From the human T2T-CHM13v2.0 reference genome, Homo sapiens, in assembly GCF_009914755.1 (NCBI RefSeq), contig NC_060947.1: DNA of 64,000 nucleotides; one strand, written 5' to 3'. The stretch's first letter is position 1. Each line of letters begins with the position of its first letter. Under the pieces are notes generated by a model. The model ran no database searches and had not been told where the DNA came from. It saw only the letters and a list, made by a program, of their open reading frames with translations. The position numbers and the translations under genes were made by a program. Shown here one piece after another: positions 1-22,679 of this stretch.

Positions 1-619
1 AAAGTGTGACTTGTGGACCAGCCTGTATCAGGGTCACAGTGAAAGGGATTTGGGAAAGTTTGGATTTCATGGCCCTCTTCAGGCCTACCAAATGAACTCT
101 CTCTGTGGGAGGGAATGTGAAATCTGCATTGGAAATAAGTTATCCAGGTTGTTCTCATACCCACACACTATGCGTCAGGGACTGCCTGGCTGACATTAAC
201 AATGGCAGCTCAACGCCTCCATCTGGTGGCTTTTGGACACCATCGTCTTCTTTTTGCAAATACAGTCCATGGAGATTACGAAACTATTGAAAATGTGAAA
301 AATGAGAAAGAAGTAAAAAAACAGGATATGAATGGAGTCTCTACTCCACAAATAATCAAGACTGAATTACATCATTTTATGGCATGTCTAGCACAAAGTA
401 GAACTTGTCTATATTACAGTTTTGAGAGTAAATCCAATGGACACATTTCCATTTTCATCTAAGGGCAGGAAAACACAGGTATTGGATGACTCCCCCTCTA
501 CAGATCATTACACCAAGTTTCTAACTCCTAAGAATGCTGCATTTAATGAATTTGTAAACTTAGTCTTCCAGAAGTTAGCTAATAAAGAACCCTCTGCTTT
601 CCACTAATAAATTAATATG

Positions 620-1455
<836 letters not shown>

Positions 1456-2345
1456 CACTAACCACCACAGAAATGCAAACCAAAACCGCAATGACATATC
1501 ATCTTTCCTCAGTCAGAATGGCCACTATTTAAAAAGACACAAAATAACAGAGGTTGGCAAGAATAAGAAGCAAAGGCAAATCTTACAGCCTGTTGGTGAG
1601 AGTGTAAACTACTACAGCCACCGTGGAAAAGAGTATGGCGACTTCTCAACAAAACTGAAAACAGAACTACCATTCGATGCAGCAATCCCATGACTGGGTA
1701 TCTACCAAAAGGAAAAGAAATCAATATATTAAAAAAATACCTGCTCTTGCATGTTTACTATATAGCACTATTCACAATAGCAAAGACGTGGAATCAACTT
1801 CAGTGTGCATCAACAGATGAATGGTTTTTTAACAAGATGGTGTATATATGTATACATATATCTAGGTGTATTTGTGTGTGTGTGTGTGTGTGGAACACAA
1901 ATTATTCCTTTAAAAAGAAGAATGAAATCATGTTATTTGCAGCCGCATGGACGGAACTAGAGGCCATTATCGTCAGTGAAATAAAGTAGGCATAAAAAGA
2001 CAAATATCACATGTCCTCTATTATATGTGGGAGCTAAAACATCTGATCGCGTGGAGCTAGAGAATGGAGAGGTAGAGAATGGAGACTGGGAAGAGTGAGT
2101 CAGCAGGAGAAGGATGCAGAGAAGTGCGTTGAAGGGAACAAACCTACAGTGAGATAGAAGCAATCAATTCCGTGTTTGAGAGCAGAGTAGGGTGACGGTC
2201 CTTCACAAAAATGTATTGTACTCAGGCGACGGACACCCTAAATATCCTGACTTAATCACTACACATTGTATACATGTAACAAAATTTCACATGTACCCAT
2301 AAATTTATATACAAAATACAAAAATTAAAATTAATAACAAATAAA
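1456..2345 (+). mobile_element. L1 3' end (L1MA/L1PB-type) with A-rich tail
   Basis: gaaatgcaaaccaaaacc...gcaatcccatgactgggtatctacc...catgtaacaaaatttcacatgtaccc followed by A-rich tail. Confidence 0.85.
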
Positions 2346-3539
2346 GAAATACTATAATATGAGGCTCTCTAAGGTAACTTAAATTCTACTTTCAAGTCTG
2401 TGTTCTAGTTAAAAATGTAATACATCTTCACTGTAAAATGTTATGAAAATATAATTTATAAAGGAAATGAAATTCACACATAATTCCACCAAGCAGATAT
2501 AATATTCCATTTAAAATCCCGGGTATTATTTCCTTTCATCCTTTTCTCTCTCTAGATAGATAGAGGCGTGGGTATACATAAAGACATAGCTATGGACTCA
2601 AATAGATACAGCTATAGATTGTCTTTACGTCTTCTAAAATTATCTTTAACTTTCGTACCTGTCTTTGTTTGCTACCAGCTCTGCAAGTTTCTTTCTGTTT
2701 GTAATCATGCATTTTCCTTCTTTCATCTACATTTAGCAAAGTCTTCAAGACTGTATTCACTCTCATCGTGCTTTCCCACTGCCTGTGCGAGTAACAGGTT
2801 AAAGGTAAGGCTACTGTATCCTATTCCCTTTGAATTCACTTGCTTGTGACCATCAGCATTTCACTGGCTCATAGCAAGCCACCAACGTGTTGGGTGAGGA
2901 ACAATGGGCAAAGGCTGCCAGAGCCCTTGCTGTACTACAGACTCTTTGTGAGATCATATAATTGAATGTGGTTTCCTACAGTAACTTTACTGAAAATTAT
3001 CTCTCGTTTCACTTACTCATGTTAAACATTGCCTCAGATTGATCTCCGTCACAATGGCACGTTACTACTGGAAAAGGCATATAGTAGTCTGAAAATATCT
3101 GGAGATTTCACCATGTGCTCCAAGAGGTAATACATAGATGTCTACGTACCATAGATACATCAAGATTTCATAACTCATCTCAGTGCTAATTCTAAGAACA
3201 GCACATTGCTAATACTACTCCACCTTGATCACTGCCAATTTACTCCTTCTGATTACCTAGACTCGTGACAAAACATTTTCTCACTGTTTTAGAAGCCCGT
3301 GGTGTAGAATTTTCTCAAGGCCATTTGACAGCCTAAATATCACGCTTTGTTGTTTCGTTCATAGTCTCAAAGAAATCAAGGTGAGAGTCTGGCTTTTAGA
3401 GAAGCACTCAGCAGACTAAATATTGCTGATCGATATTGAGATGTGGGTAGGAGTTTAACACATGAATGAGGACGGAAAAGATGGCCCATGCAATAAGCAA
3501 AATAGGATCCAGGCATGTGCAAGGGTACAGGGACGGAGA

Positions 3540-4350
3540 ACATAGGCTCAACGTCATTACTCTTAGGGAAATGCAAATCACACCACAATCCTACCAGCTA
3601 ACCACCCCCCAGGTTGTTTACTTTCAAGAGGAAGACAAAAATTGCTGCTGTTAAAGATGTGGAGAAACTGCAAGCCTTATACACTGCTGACGGGAATGTA
3701 AAATGGTGTGTGGCTGCTACGAAAAACAGTTTGGTGTTTCCTCAAGATGTTAAAAGTAATGAACATATGACACCATCATTCCACTCCTAGATACATGCAG
3801 AAAAATTTAAAACAGACATTCAAGCAAATACATGTGTATGAATGTCCCTAACAGCACCATGGACAACAGCCAAATAGGAGCATCCCACATTACCACCAAC
3901 AGATAAATGGATGAACACAACATGATGGATCCACCTAACGGGATACTCCGTAGCTGTGAGAAAGAATGACGCTCTGATACATGGTACGACGTGGGATGAA
4001 CTTGGAAACCATGTTACGTGAAATAGGCCAGACACAAAGGGTCACATACCCTATGATTCCATTTCTATGGAATGTCCAGAAGAAGCAAATGTTAAGGATT
4101 AGCGATACTTAGAAATCAGGTTGTTATCATGTCATCTGATTACAAAACGGATGAGTGGATGCCAGGGAAGGAGGGAGGCGGGAATCAGTAGTGACTGCCT
4201 CATGGGTACAGGGTTTTCTTTGGGATTGATGCAAATGTTGTGTAAATAGACAGAGGTGATGATTTTGCAATACTGTGAATTTACTTTATGCCACCAAACG
4301 GTATGCTTAAATATCTAATTTTATGTTATCTGAGTTTCACTTCAATAAAT
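3540..4350 (+). mobile_element. Old L1 3' end (L1MB-like)
   Basis: agggaaatgcaaatca...gggaatgtaaaatggt...atgattccatttctatggaatgtccaga. Confidence 0.75.
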
Positions 4351-4544
4351 ATTTCTTTCAAAAATAACAATTCTTAGACCCATGCAATATATGTTCAAGT
4401 GTTTTGAAAAAACCTGAGCTATCAATTAAATGAAAATTTCAATTTAAAAATAATCTTCAGCCCATTCATGTTTACATACAAATATGGTCCATGAAAAATA
4501 AGTCCATTTTTGACAACAACACAAGTATCGAAAGAAATATGCCA

Positions 4545-5320
4545 AAGAAATTATCAACAGAGTAACAAGGTAACCTGAAGAATGGAAGAAAATATTTGCG
4601 AACTGTGCTTGCGACAAAGAACTAATATGCAGAATCTACAAGGAACTCTACAAAAACAGCAAGGAGAAAGAGCAAATAATCCCATTAAAACGTGGGCATA
4701 TGACGTGGACAGACATTTCTCAAAAGAGGATATACAAATGGACAAGACATATTTGAAAAAATGTTCAACATTGCTCATCATCAAGGAAACACCAATGAAC
4801 ACCAGGGTGAGATAGCACCTTACCCCGGCCAGAATGACCACGATTAAAAACTCAATAAACAATAGATGTTGGTGCAAATGTGGTGGAAAAGAATGCTTTT
4901 ACGCTGCTGGTGGGAATCAAAATTAGTCCAACCCCTATGGACAACAGTATGGAGACTCCTTAAAGAACTAATAGTCGATACACCATACGATCCAGCAATA
5001 CCACGACTGGGTATCTACCCAACGGAAACGAAGTCATTATGTGAAAAAGACAGCTGCACATGTATGTTTATCGCAGCACAATTCACAATCGCCAGCGTGT
5101 GGCATCGACCTAAGTGCCCATCGACTGATGAGTGGAGGAAGAAAATGTGTATATACACCATGAAATGCTAGTCAGGCGTAAAAAAAAGAACAAAATCGTG
5201 TCTTTTGTGGCAACTTGGATGCAACTGCAGGCCATTATCCTAAGTGAGCTAACTCAGGAACGGAAAACCGAATACCGCATGTTCTCGGTGTGAGCTAAGC
5301 TATAGGTACACAAAAGTACC
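4545..5320 (+). mobile_element. L1 ORF2 end/3'UTR fragment (L1PB-like), unusually CpG-rich
   Basis: Translation ...[22 protein letters not shown]... and LVQPLW..YDPAIPRLGIYP resemble the L1 ORF2p C-terminus. Confidence 0.85.
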
Positions 5321-5329
5321 TGATCTCGT

Positions 5330-5800
5330 GTGTTCTGGCGATGGGAAAGGTGGCCCCTCAGGGAACCTGGCTCCCACGTCCCTGTGCCTCAAGGGAGAAC
5401 AGAACCTGTGACGCCTTCACTTGCCTCCCTCCATGACCCGTTCTGTGAAACTTCCCCTGCCCCCAGCGCCTAGGCCAAGGAGAATTCCCAGCCCTGTTGC
5501 GAATCCTTTCTTGGTTCCCGCGTGAGATTGAGCGGGGTGCCACTGAGTGAGCTCCAGATCGACGCTGAGCCTCGGGGGATGTATTGGCGCTTCCTGCTCT
5601 CCGTAGCAAGTCGTCATCCAGCAGAACCTCGGGACGACACTTCGGTTTCTATGACAACCAAGGTAAACGTTTCTTTCCTGGCGGCAGACACACATCGCAA
5701 GGATATTTACAGAGCGGACAGCTGGAATAGCTGTAGGAACGTCAAGACTAGTAGGTGTCTGCTATCGATGTGACTGTGTCGGGGGCGGGGGGGAGGTGAG
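5330..5800 (+). promoter_or_regulatory. Putative CpG-rich promoter/first exon of PWWP4, with X-box-like motif and splice donor
   Basis: Locally high CpG density; GTTTCTATGACAAC at 5645-5658 (RFX X-box-like); AAG|GTAAAC donor at 5662/5663; GC-box-like GGGGCGGGG near 5782. Confidence 0.45.
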
Positions 5801-5804
5801 GGCG

Positions 5805-6105
5805 TATGTGTGAGGATGTGTGTCTGTGTGTGTGTGTGTGACGGTGTGTGCGTGTGTGGGTGTGTGTGTGAGGATGTGTGTGGACATGTGTGTATGTGTG
5901 TGCGCGCGTGTGTGTGGATGTGTGTGTGTTTGGGGGTGTGTGTGTGGATGTGTGTGGATGCGTGTGCATGTGTGTGCGTGTTTGTATGTGAGGATGTGTG
6001 TGTGAGGATGTGTGTGTGTGAGGATGTGTGTGTGTTTGGGGGTGTGTGTATGGATGTGTGTGTGTGAGGAAGTATGTGTCTCTGTGTGTGTGTGAATGTG
6101 TGTGG
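5805..6105. repeat. Complex (TG)n microsatellite with recurring AGGA/GGA interruptions
   Basis: Direct inspection: tgtgtgtgaggatgtgtg... Confidence 0.95.
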
Positions 6106-7490
6106 CATTGAGTTGACTGTCCTGACTCACTGTCCTGAGGTGACACCTGTTGAGCCAGAGCATTGTCACCCGAGTCAGTCCTTTAAAGCAGAGATCCACA
6201 AGGATTTCTGAACTCAAAGGAATGTCGCAGGTCTCCTTCAGGATGGAAATTGGCTCGCCTCCTCATTGTAAGAACGTACGATGCATACATTAGGAGAGGG
6301 AAATCTGATGCCGGCAAATGAGGAGCTACCATGGGTAGGACTGGAAGGCCTCCTGTCACTTTGAGCAGGCCGGGACTCATGCTGGGCTCATCCTGCGTAG
6401 CTGACCCTTGAGACCCATGTTCTGTAAAAGGTGAATTTCCTGGTCTCACTCCGCTAACTACGATGAGGTGAATTGAGTGAAAATCAGTGAGGGCCCCTTC
6501 TCGATGACAGAAGCGAAAAACACAGGCTCCTTCACCAGGGCGGGCCATTGTGTTCCTATTGTCTACCAAACGGCTCTGCTCTCCAGGTCGGAGAGCGGTG
6601 CAATTGTTCACTAATTGCATCCTCTACTGATGCATGCAATTAGTGAACAGAATAAGGGGAAAACTGGACCGATACCAATTCTCACCCAATGGTGCTACAA
6701 GTGCACTGCAAACCCTAGGAAAGCGTAGACCTGTCTCTAAAGTTACGTTGAAAGTTTATGTGCAATTCACCAGCGCAAAGGGAAGGTGTAGGAATACACA
6801 AGAATGTACTTCCTTTAGAGAAACCATTTAATACACGGTGCCTTTATTGTACTAAAGGATGCCGCCAGCTCATCCTTTGAAGGAAACACCTGTTTGGGGG
6901 AAGGTCTAAAATCACACACCCAGCAGCCGACGGGAGCTCCACAAAGCTCTGGTAATGCTAGGGAGGGGTGCTGGAGGGAGGATGCATGCCTCTCGGTGGG
7001 AGGGGGACCACGTCAGGAAACGGACCCCACTTTGAGAAGAGCTGCTGAGGACTGTGTTCTTTTACTTGTTCCTAAAAAGTAAATGAACCCTCACTTGAGA
7101 AAGGAATTAACACAGGGCTTCCAAAATAATTATCCCCCAAATCATGGCTGTCGTTGGGAGAAATAAAAGCTCACGGTCTTCTAGTTCCTTCATCCCTCAA
7201 CTAAAGAGCAAATGGAATAGAATAAAAGTTATATACCAAAAATAGAAAATGCTCTACTGATAATGTCTTTAGGGACCTAAAATGGACTGTGATGTTATAG
7301 ATTGTAGACTCACTATTTATCCTGTCTTCCTTTTATGTTCATCTGCTTAGTCTCATTGTGCAGGTGGTGTTTGATTTCATTTTGAAGTAAAATATTCAAC
7401 ACATTGTCCTACTCACTCAATAGTCTGAGAACTTGGGTTCACTCACAAAACTGAGTTGGGCTTAGTGAATGTTCCCTTTTTATCTCATAG

Positions 7491-7557
7491 ATCCCGGTAT
7501 GCGGAAGTAGATCAATATTTGCACATCGTGATCTAGCTGGATCTGCAATATAGACAG
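7491..7557 (+). other. Candidate non-coding 5'UTR exon
   Basis: Acceptor ccctttttatctcatag| and donor cag|gtaaag. Confidence 0.3.
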
Positions 7558-7589
7558 GTAAAGGTAAACCTAGACAGACATAGATGTAG

Positions 7590-8052
7590 ACCTGTCTAGC
7601 TATCTTGCTCTATCTCTAGCCACTCTGCTGTCCATCCATCATCTCTCTGTCTTCATCCATCTCTATCTTTATCTCTATCCATCCATCTATCACCTATCTA
7701 TTCTTATCATTCTTCATATCTATCAAGCCGCTATCTTCTATAAAATTATATTTATCTATCTCTATATCCAACTGTCTTTCTCTCTATATATCTCTTCATC
7801 ATCTGTCTCCACCATCTATGTCTCTATCTCTGGCTCTCTATTATTCTGAATATCTATAGACCTTCTAGCTAATATATATCTTTATCTATCTCTATCTTTT
7901 ATCCATCTATTTTTATCTATCCCTATGAGTCATTCAACCTCATCAATCTATATCCATCTCTACCTGTATGCATCCATCTATCTATCTGTCTATCCATCTG
8001 TCTATCCCCCATCTACCTGCCTACCTACCTACCTACCTCTCTCTCTCTCTCT
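7590..8052. repeat. Degenerate (TCTA/TCCA)n low-complexity repeat
   Basis: Direct inspection. Confidence 0.9.
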
Positions 8053-8664
8053 AGAGGGAGGGAAAACAATTGTGTTTCCCTTAGTACAAAATATGGGGAG
8101 AAAGTCACCAGCAAGACTATATGCAAACCCTTGATAGAAGGTATTTGGGCGATGGGCCAACGCATGTGGTGAGAGAACATTTCATATTTTGATTTCACAC
8201 ACTTCCCTTCTGATGATCTCTCTTAAGGAGGCATGGCTTTGGCCATCCGAACTTAGCTGCAATGGATATTTTGGAGGTCTGTAGGAGGCAGTCCCTTAAA
8301 CTGTTTCACACCTGTAAAGATGTTGCCAGATGCCAATACTGAAGAATATTCAAATGGCTGTGCAAACTTTAAGCTTTTAAATATCTTGTAGAAATATACA
8401 TGTATAAACAGGACAAAAATTCTGGAGTGTGTGGACTCATATACTTGCAATAAGCATTTCTGGGTGATGGGATTGCTGATGCTTACTATATTTCCTATTT
8501 AGAAATTTTAGACATCCCTTTAGATGTTTCCCTGTCTATGTTTAAAATAAGAAACTAAATGGAGAAGAAAACAGCATTTGTACTGGAAGCAGAAACATTT
8601 GCAGGAATGTGTAGAGGCAGTGAGCATGGATTCTATGCATCAATGCCAGGCTCCTTGAGTTTCC

Positions 8665-8667
<3 letters not shown>

Positions 8668-8719
<52 letters not shown>

Positions 8720-8760
8720 AGAGAGAGAGAGAGAAAGAGAGAGAGGAAGAGAGGAGAGAC
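8668..8760. repeat. Compound (TG)n(GA)n microsatellite
   Basis: Direct inspection. Confidence 0.97.
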
Positions 8761-9696
8761 TCTGCATTTGGGGATGTGGGTAGGCATTGACTTGGGCTTG
8801 AGGGTGCCCAGTCACACCTGTTTTGTGACATGGGCTGGCAGGTCCAGTTAAGGGGAGATTGAAGTGCCAGGGTCATTGGTGATTCCTTCTCACTTTTGTT
8901 CGGGGTCCTCAGTTGACACTTGTGCTTGACAACCCAGTACTCTGAGTTCTCTAAAGAAGAGGGCATTAAACCTGTACGTTCATATACCCTCGTCTAAGAA
9001 AGGTTTTGTACAACTTTTCCCTAAAGTATGTATATCTCATCATCATTATACATTTCATATTACATCTACCAGTGCCCGTGAACAAAGACACACATACATG
9101 CATTTATTAAGAAAATAATTATTGGCCTATGAAACCTGTAATTTGAAGTCCACAATGCATGAGCTAAAATATGTAAGTGAGCTATGATACCCAATGTTGC
9201 ACAGTACCAAATATTGTACAATGGCTATAGAAAACAACAACAGGCTAGCAGAGTATTTCGATGTGGAAGGTGGGAAGTGAAGGATTGACAAAAGAGTTGC
9301 ATCTTCGGTGCACGTTTCTATAATATGGGACATTTCATTAAATAAAGTTTGGAACTAGCAGGGAAACCTCACTGTACAGACGTTCACACAAATGAGGTAG
9401 GAACACGGGCATTCACAAGACAATGTATCCAGTTATGCTCTTAGGTTAGGAGCTCCAGTTGAAGATGATATGTGCATGTGTGTGTGCACATTGGCGCATC
9501 GGCAATGCCTTGGAAGCGGGCACATTATCATGTAGACTGAGATTCTGTGACGTGATGTCCTTTCACATGTCTGTCTACACATCTCATATTCTATGCTAAC
9601 CCATTTCATGTTATTTGAGAATCAGAAAAACACAATAACATGACAAGACTCACCTGTCATGTTTCCTCATTTTATCAATCTCGTTGAGCACATTTC

Positions 9697-9698
<2 letters not shown>

Positions 9699-9780
<82 letters not shown>

Positions 9781-9781
9781 A
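9699..9781. repeat. Compound (TC)n(AC)n(AG)n microsatellite
   Basis: Direct inspection. Confidence 0.97.
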
Positions 9782-10057
9782 CTGCTAACATGGAATCCTT
9801 CTGTCTTAGGGGGATGCTCTCGGGAAAGCACTAGCTCCCAAGGTTCTGAAATGGAAAAAGACTAGCATACGCTAAGTGGCATAACAGGGAAATTGTTTGA
9901 GATGCAAAAGAAGGCAGAAAACAAAGATGACAACTACGTGATGCCTGAGATGAAGACGTCAGTTCTGTTTCAAAAGGGCATGCATTCAAGAGTTGGGGAG
10001 GGGAACAGGATAAATCACTTGATTGGCTTAATTTCCTATCTGTGTTTGTGTTTCCAG

Positions 10058-10238
10058 GTTGACATTAGGAGTGCATAGGTCCTGAGCATCTACACGCGGT
10101 GCCACTGGGTCGCCAGAAGAACAGCGCACTTCAGGGGCACAGAGTGGGGTTGAAGGGTCTGCACACCAGCGCTTGCAGTGTGAGCAGCAAGAGATCCAGC
10201 TCACAGAACCAAACCTGCTGCGATCCATGTGACACTGG
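10058..10238 (+). other. Candidate non-coding 5'UTR exon of PWWP4
   Basis: Acceptor tgtgtttgtgtttccag| and strong donor tgg|gtaaga. Confidence 0.45.
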
Positions 10239-10903
10239 GTAAGATTTCCCCATTTACTAAACATTCACTTGCATTCACCTCACGCTGACATTTCACAGTG
10301 GAATTTTCCTTGCCCATCGTTGTACAGACACTTGTTTTCAGGATAAGAGTCACTGATTTGGTGTCGGCAGGCAAAAGTTTAAAACCACGGTAGAGAGGTG
10401 CAGATGGCAGCCAGTGACCGCTGCCTGCAGCGATCCTCACGACCGATGGTAGCCAGTAATCACCAGGATGATCGCCACGCAGCTCTGGGTTCTGGGTGCT
10501 CTTGCACATGACATGGTGCCGACACCCAGCATCTGCATGTGGGAGACCTCCTCGGGCTTCCTGGGAAGCACAGGTCCATACTAGCACCCTAGAAATAAAA
10601 ACATGAAGCATTTCCCCAGGTTTCCGCCCAAGGAGCCCAAAGGCACAGAATACTCAGTAAGAAACGTGGGGTCCCTGCTGGTACACCCACCTCCCCATGC
10701 AGGTGCTCCTCAAGACGGAATTGTTAAAATTAGGAGAAGGCCTTGGGTTTGCTGTGTAATAAAGCTTCTGTGGACCTTCTGTATGATCCCAAATACTTGC
10801 CATCTGTCTATCCCTCTGTCTAAGACTCACTTGTCACGTTTCCTTATTTTATCAACCTCACTGAGCAGGGTGCTTCGCGTTTCACGAAAGGATGCTTTCC
10901 TGA

Positions 10904-17332
<6,429 letters not shown>

Positions 17333-18648
17333 CTCCCGCCTGCCTCCCCCGCACCCATACCTTCCCAGGGAGCTGCCTCCTTTCTAGAATTAATGAGGAA
17401 GCCTCCTCCCTTCCCCAACGCGTGTAAGTATGTTCTGGATATTCGAGACTTTGGGAATGTGAGGAATTCATTTGGGGCCCATCTCTCGCATGTGCTGGTG
17501 GCACATTCATCACCAGGTCTTCATCGCAAACTCGTGAAGAGCTATTTTGTTAAACGATTGCAACCCCTTGCGATTCCCTCAACGTCTTTGGATGTGTAGT
17601 TGTCCCGATAGGTTTGAAAGACAAGAGCATTGATTTTCATAACGTGTCTTTTGACTGGACTTGGTACTTTCACTTAGGACCTATATTCTTTTACACAAAA
17701 AGCCACTGGTATCAGCTTTTAAACAACAATAATTTTTAAAGCCTAATGTATATTTTTATGGAAACGTCAGTGAGACTTTTCATTCTTTTGGCGATACGTG
17801 GATAGAAACCATCAGATTCCTCTTTCAGATAATTCCTGCCTTTTCCCTGCTAGGCTTGTTTATTTTTTGAAAAGTAGCCCCGAGAGTTGAATCCCATGAG
17901 AGAGTCATTTTCTCCTATGTTAACACGACCTTCCGATACTTTTTCAAAAAGCAAACTGCAGGCCAAACATGAAGTTACCGAATGGCTTGCACGTAGTCCA
18001 TATGTGCTTGAGTGAAATCTCAGTGTGCAGTGAGCGTCTTGTCAGCCTCATGCAAGATTGTCGCTCTGCATTTCCCTGAAATTCCACACCCTCCTTCAAC
18101 GGCTGAACTGTTTCCTAGAACAGGCTTCAGGCTGTCTTCATAACTGACAGTGATGGATCTTCTCCCTCTAACTGTCGGTCCCCTGTGGAGGGCAGCTAGA
18201 GCCATCTCCTTCTTGGCCTGGCTTCTCTCCACCTGTGTGGCTGGCCCAACTGCTTAGGAGCCCGTCTACCTGCCCGTAAACTGGAGTAAAGCCAGCTCCT
18301 TGTTCTGGATCCAGAATCCCCCAAGACGTGGCCATTTGTCTCAATGTCACCAAGCTTCATCTTCCAACTTATTCACGGGCCGGCTCCAACAGGTCCCAAC
18401 AATCTAGACACAGGCTGGTAAGCCATTCCCGGCTGCTAGAGGCGCCAGGGCTGGGAGTTGGAAAAATGGGTCACAGGGGCAGCCTTCATTCCGCTAAGTG
18501 GGGCCGGCCCTTGGTGGAATAATATTAAACAGATGCAATTCAGACCTAAGTTGTGAAGCCCACAGATTGCTAGGCTAACTTGAAACAAGATGGTTTTTGA
18601 GGATAAGTGTTATGGAAAAGCCAGTTTGTTTTTCAAACTTGATGCTAA

Positions 18649-18654
18649 AATAAA
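18649..18654 (+). terminator. Candidate polyadenylation signal (AATAAA) for PWWP4
   Basis: AATAAA ~1.3 kb after the stop codon, followed by a T-rich tract (tcctttttta). Confidence 0.5.
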
Positions 18655-19899
18655 CGTGAAGGCCTTCACATGAACCTGAGTCCTTTTTTAGTTCTTAGAG
18701 GAAGTCACCTGTTCTCATGAGACCATGTTATGTGTTCACATGGCCATGTGTTGGGGCGACATTGGCAGAGGAGCTGTTTGGAGTCACCTTAAAACCACTG
18801 TGTCTCCCACCTTGAACTTCAGCTGTGTCATGCTTGAGATTGTCCAAATCCATAGGTGGAAGGTCTAGGAAATATATAGACACACTTCCAAAGCAATAAT
18901 AGCTTGGAAATTCTGACGAAATTTTAGAAGAGAGCCTTCCAAGTGGTGTATACATCAGACCCGACGGAACCCTCTCTAGACTCTGCCTGAGTGTGACCAA
19001 GACTCCTGGGCACACTGCCTGGGCAGTCCATGTGACATCCTCATGGCCCCGGCAATTATTTGGAAACAGATCGTCTCCGTGCTGTGTGTGGACCTCACAC
19101 ACCGAGACAACACACTTTAGTTACTCCACAACACTGTCTCCCCGAGTCCAACATATCACCTGAGTTCAGCTTTCTCATGGAGCCATGTTTATCTCTAGCT
19201 TCTAATATTACTTTCCTACCCCATTCATTCATTCCTGACCTCATGCTAGATCGGGAGAGCAAGTGAGGTGTGGTTGAAGGCTCTGCTCTGAAGACCGACT
19301 TCAGGTGACATAGAAACAGACGGGAATGTGGTGACTCAGGTGACAACCTAATCTTTAAGGTAACAAGGATGCACTGCTTCCCTCTGTCAGTGAGAAATTC
19401 TCACCAGTGTCATGGGCCGACGGCCTGTTTTTGAGAGCACAGCCCCAGGTTCACCCAACTATGTGAGGTCATAGGTGCCTGTTGGCTTGGGGTGAAGGGA
19501 GGAGACCTGGTCTCTCTTGGATGTCACTGACACCTGGGGCATCCACTGAAGAGAGGCAGACATGCCTCGGACATGCATCTATTCTCCTCCTCCTTGAATC
19601 AGGGTCACTGAAAGGCATCCGGGGCACGTGTGTGGGTTGAGGGATATATAGACTCTGAGATCCTTTCCAGCCTGAGCAGGTGCTGCGGCCCCTCCATGAT
19701 TGCCCTCAGCTGGACCTCCATCACAGGTGCCTGTGTGTTTGATGACAGAGCCCAGCCTGTCACCCACCCTGGCCCGCTAGGTTAAGGTGACCTCCTCTTC
19801 TCCAGTCAGAAGGAAGACTGCTGCCCATCAGGCCCTGATCTTAACTGTTGCTTGGCAGAGCTGCACACACAGAGACGGCTCACACCACATTCGTAGGTC

Positions 19900-21560
<1,661 letters not shown>

Positions 21561-21639
21561 TATGGGAGCCTACTAAGCTGCTCCCTCTTTACAATACAGG
21601 AACAAAGAAGTAATACCACTTCTATAGTGAAAACGAAGA

Positions 21640-22648
21640 GAAGACCCAAATTTCTAAATCAGAAATGAAAGCAAGGACATTGCTACTTACCTTACAGGGA
21701 TTAAAAAAAAAGACTCTAAGAGTGTATCATGAGCAATTTTACATTAAGAATGAATCTAGAGGAAACAGACAAATTATTAGAAGCACACAACTAACAAACT
21801 GGCTCATAAACAAAGAGAAATTCTCTATAGACCTATAACAAGTGAAGAGATTGGTTTTGTTATCAAAAATCTCAGAACAAATAAAAGCCCAGCACCAAGT
21901 GGCTTCACCAGTAAACTCTACCACACCTTTAAAGAAGAATTAACATAACTCCTTCTCAAACTCTTCCAAAAAATAAAAGAGGAGGGGAGTCTTCCCAACT
22001 CCTTCTATGAGGCCAACATTACCATGACACTAAAGGAAGAAAAAGACACCATAGGAAAACTACAGGCGATGACCCTTATGAAAACAAAGTTTAAAAATCC
22101 TCAAAAAAATGCTAGCAAATACAGGAGGCTGAGGCAGGGGGATATCCTGAGCCCAGGAGTTTAAGACTGCAGTAAGCTATGATGGTACCACTGCAGTCCA
22201 GCCTGGGTGACGGAGTTAAATGCCATCTCCAAAGAAAAAAAAAGTAATAGCAAACAAAATTGGGCAGCATAGTAACAGGGTTATGCACCACGACCAAGTG
22301 AGATTTATTGCAAGTGAGATCAGTGTGAGGGTGGTCCAACACGAAAATCAGACAACGTAATACACCACATTAATAAAATGAAGGAAACAAACCACGTGAT
22401 TATCTCAAATGGTGTGGAAAAAGCATCTGAGAAAATCAAACACTCTTTCATGATAAGGACACTCAGAAAAATAAGAAGAGAATTTCCTAAACATGAAAAG
22501 GGTCATTCATGAAAAATCCACAGCTAAAATCACGCTCGATGGTGAAAAAATAAAAGCTTTCTCCCTAAGATCATGACCAAGACAAGATGTTCACTTTCAC
22601 CACTTCTAGTCAACAGTTTACTTGAAGTTGTAGCCAAAGCAATTAGGC

Positions 22649-22679
<31 letters not shown>

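Noticed and set aside
5707-6217. His/Thr- and Cys/Val-rich ORFs (also at 8542-8966 and 55465-56250)
   Set aside because: Translations of (CA/TG)n microsatellites
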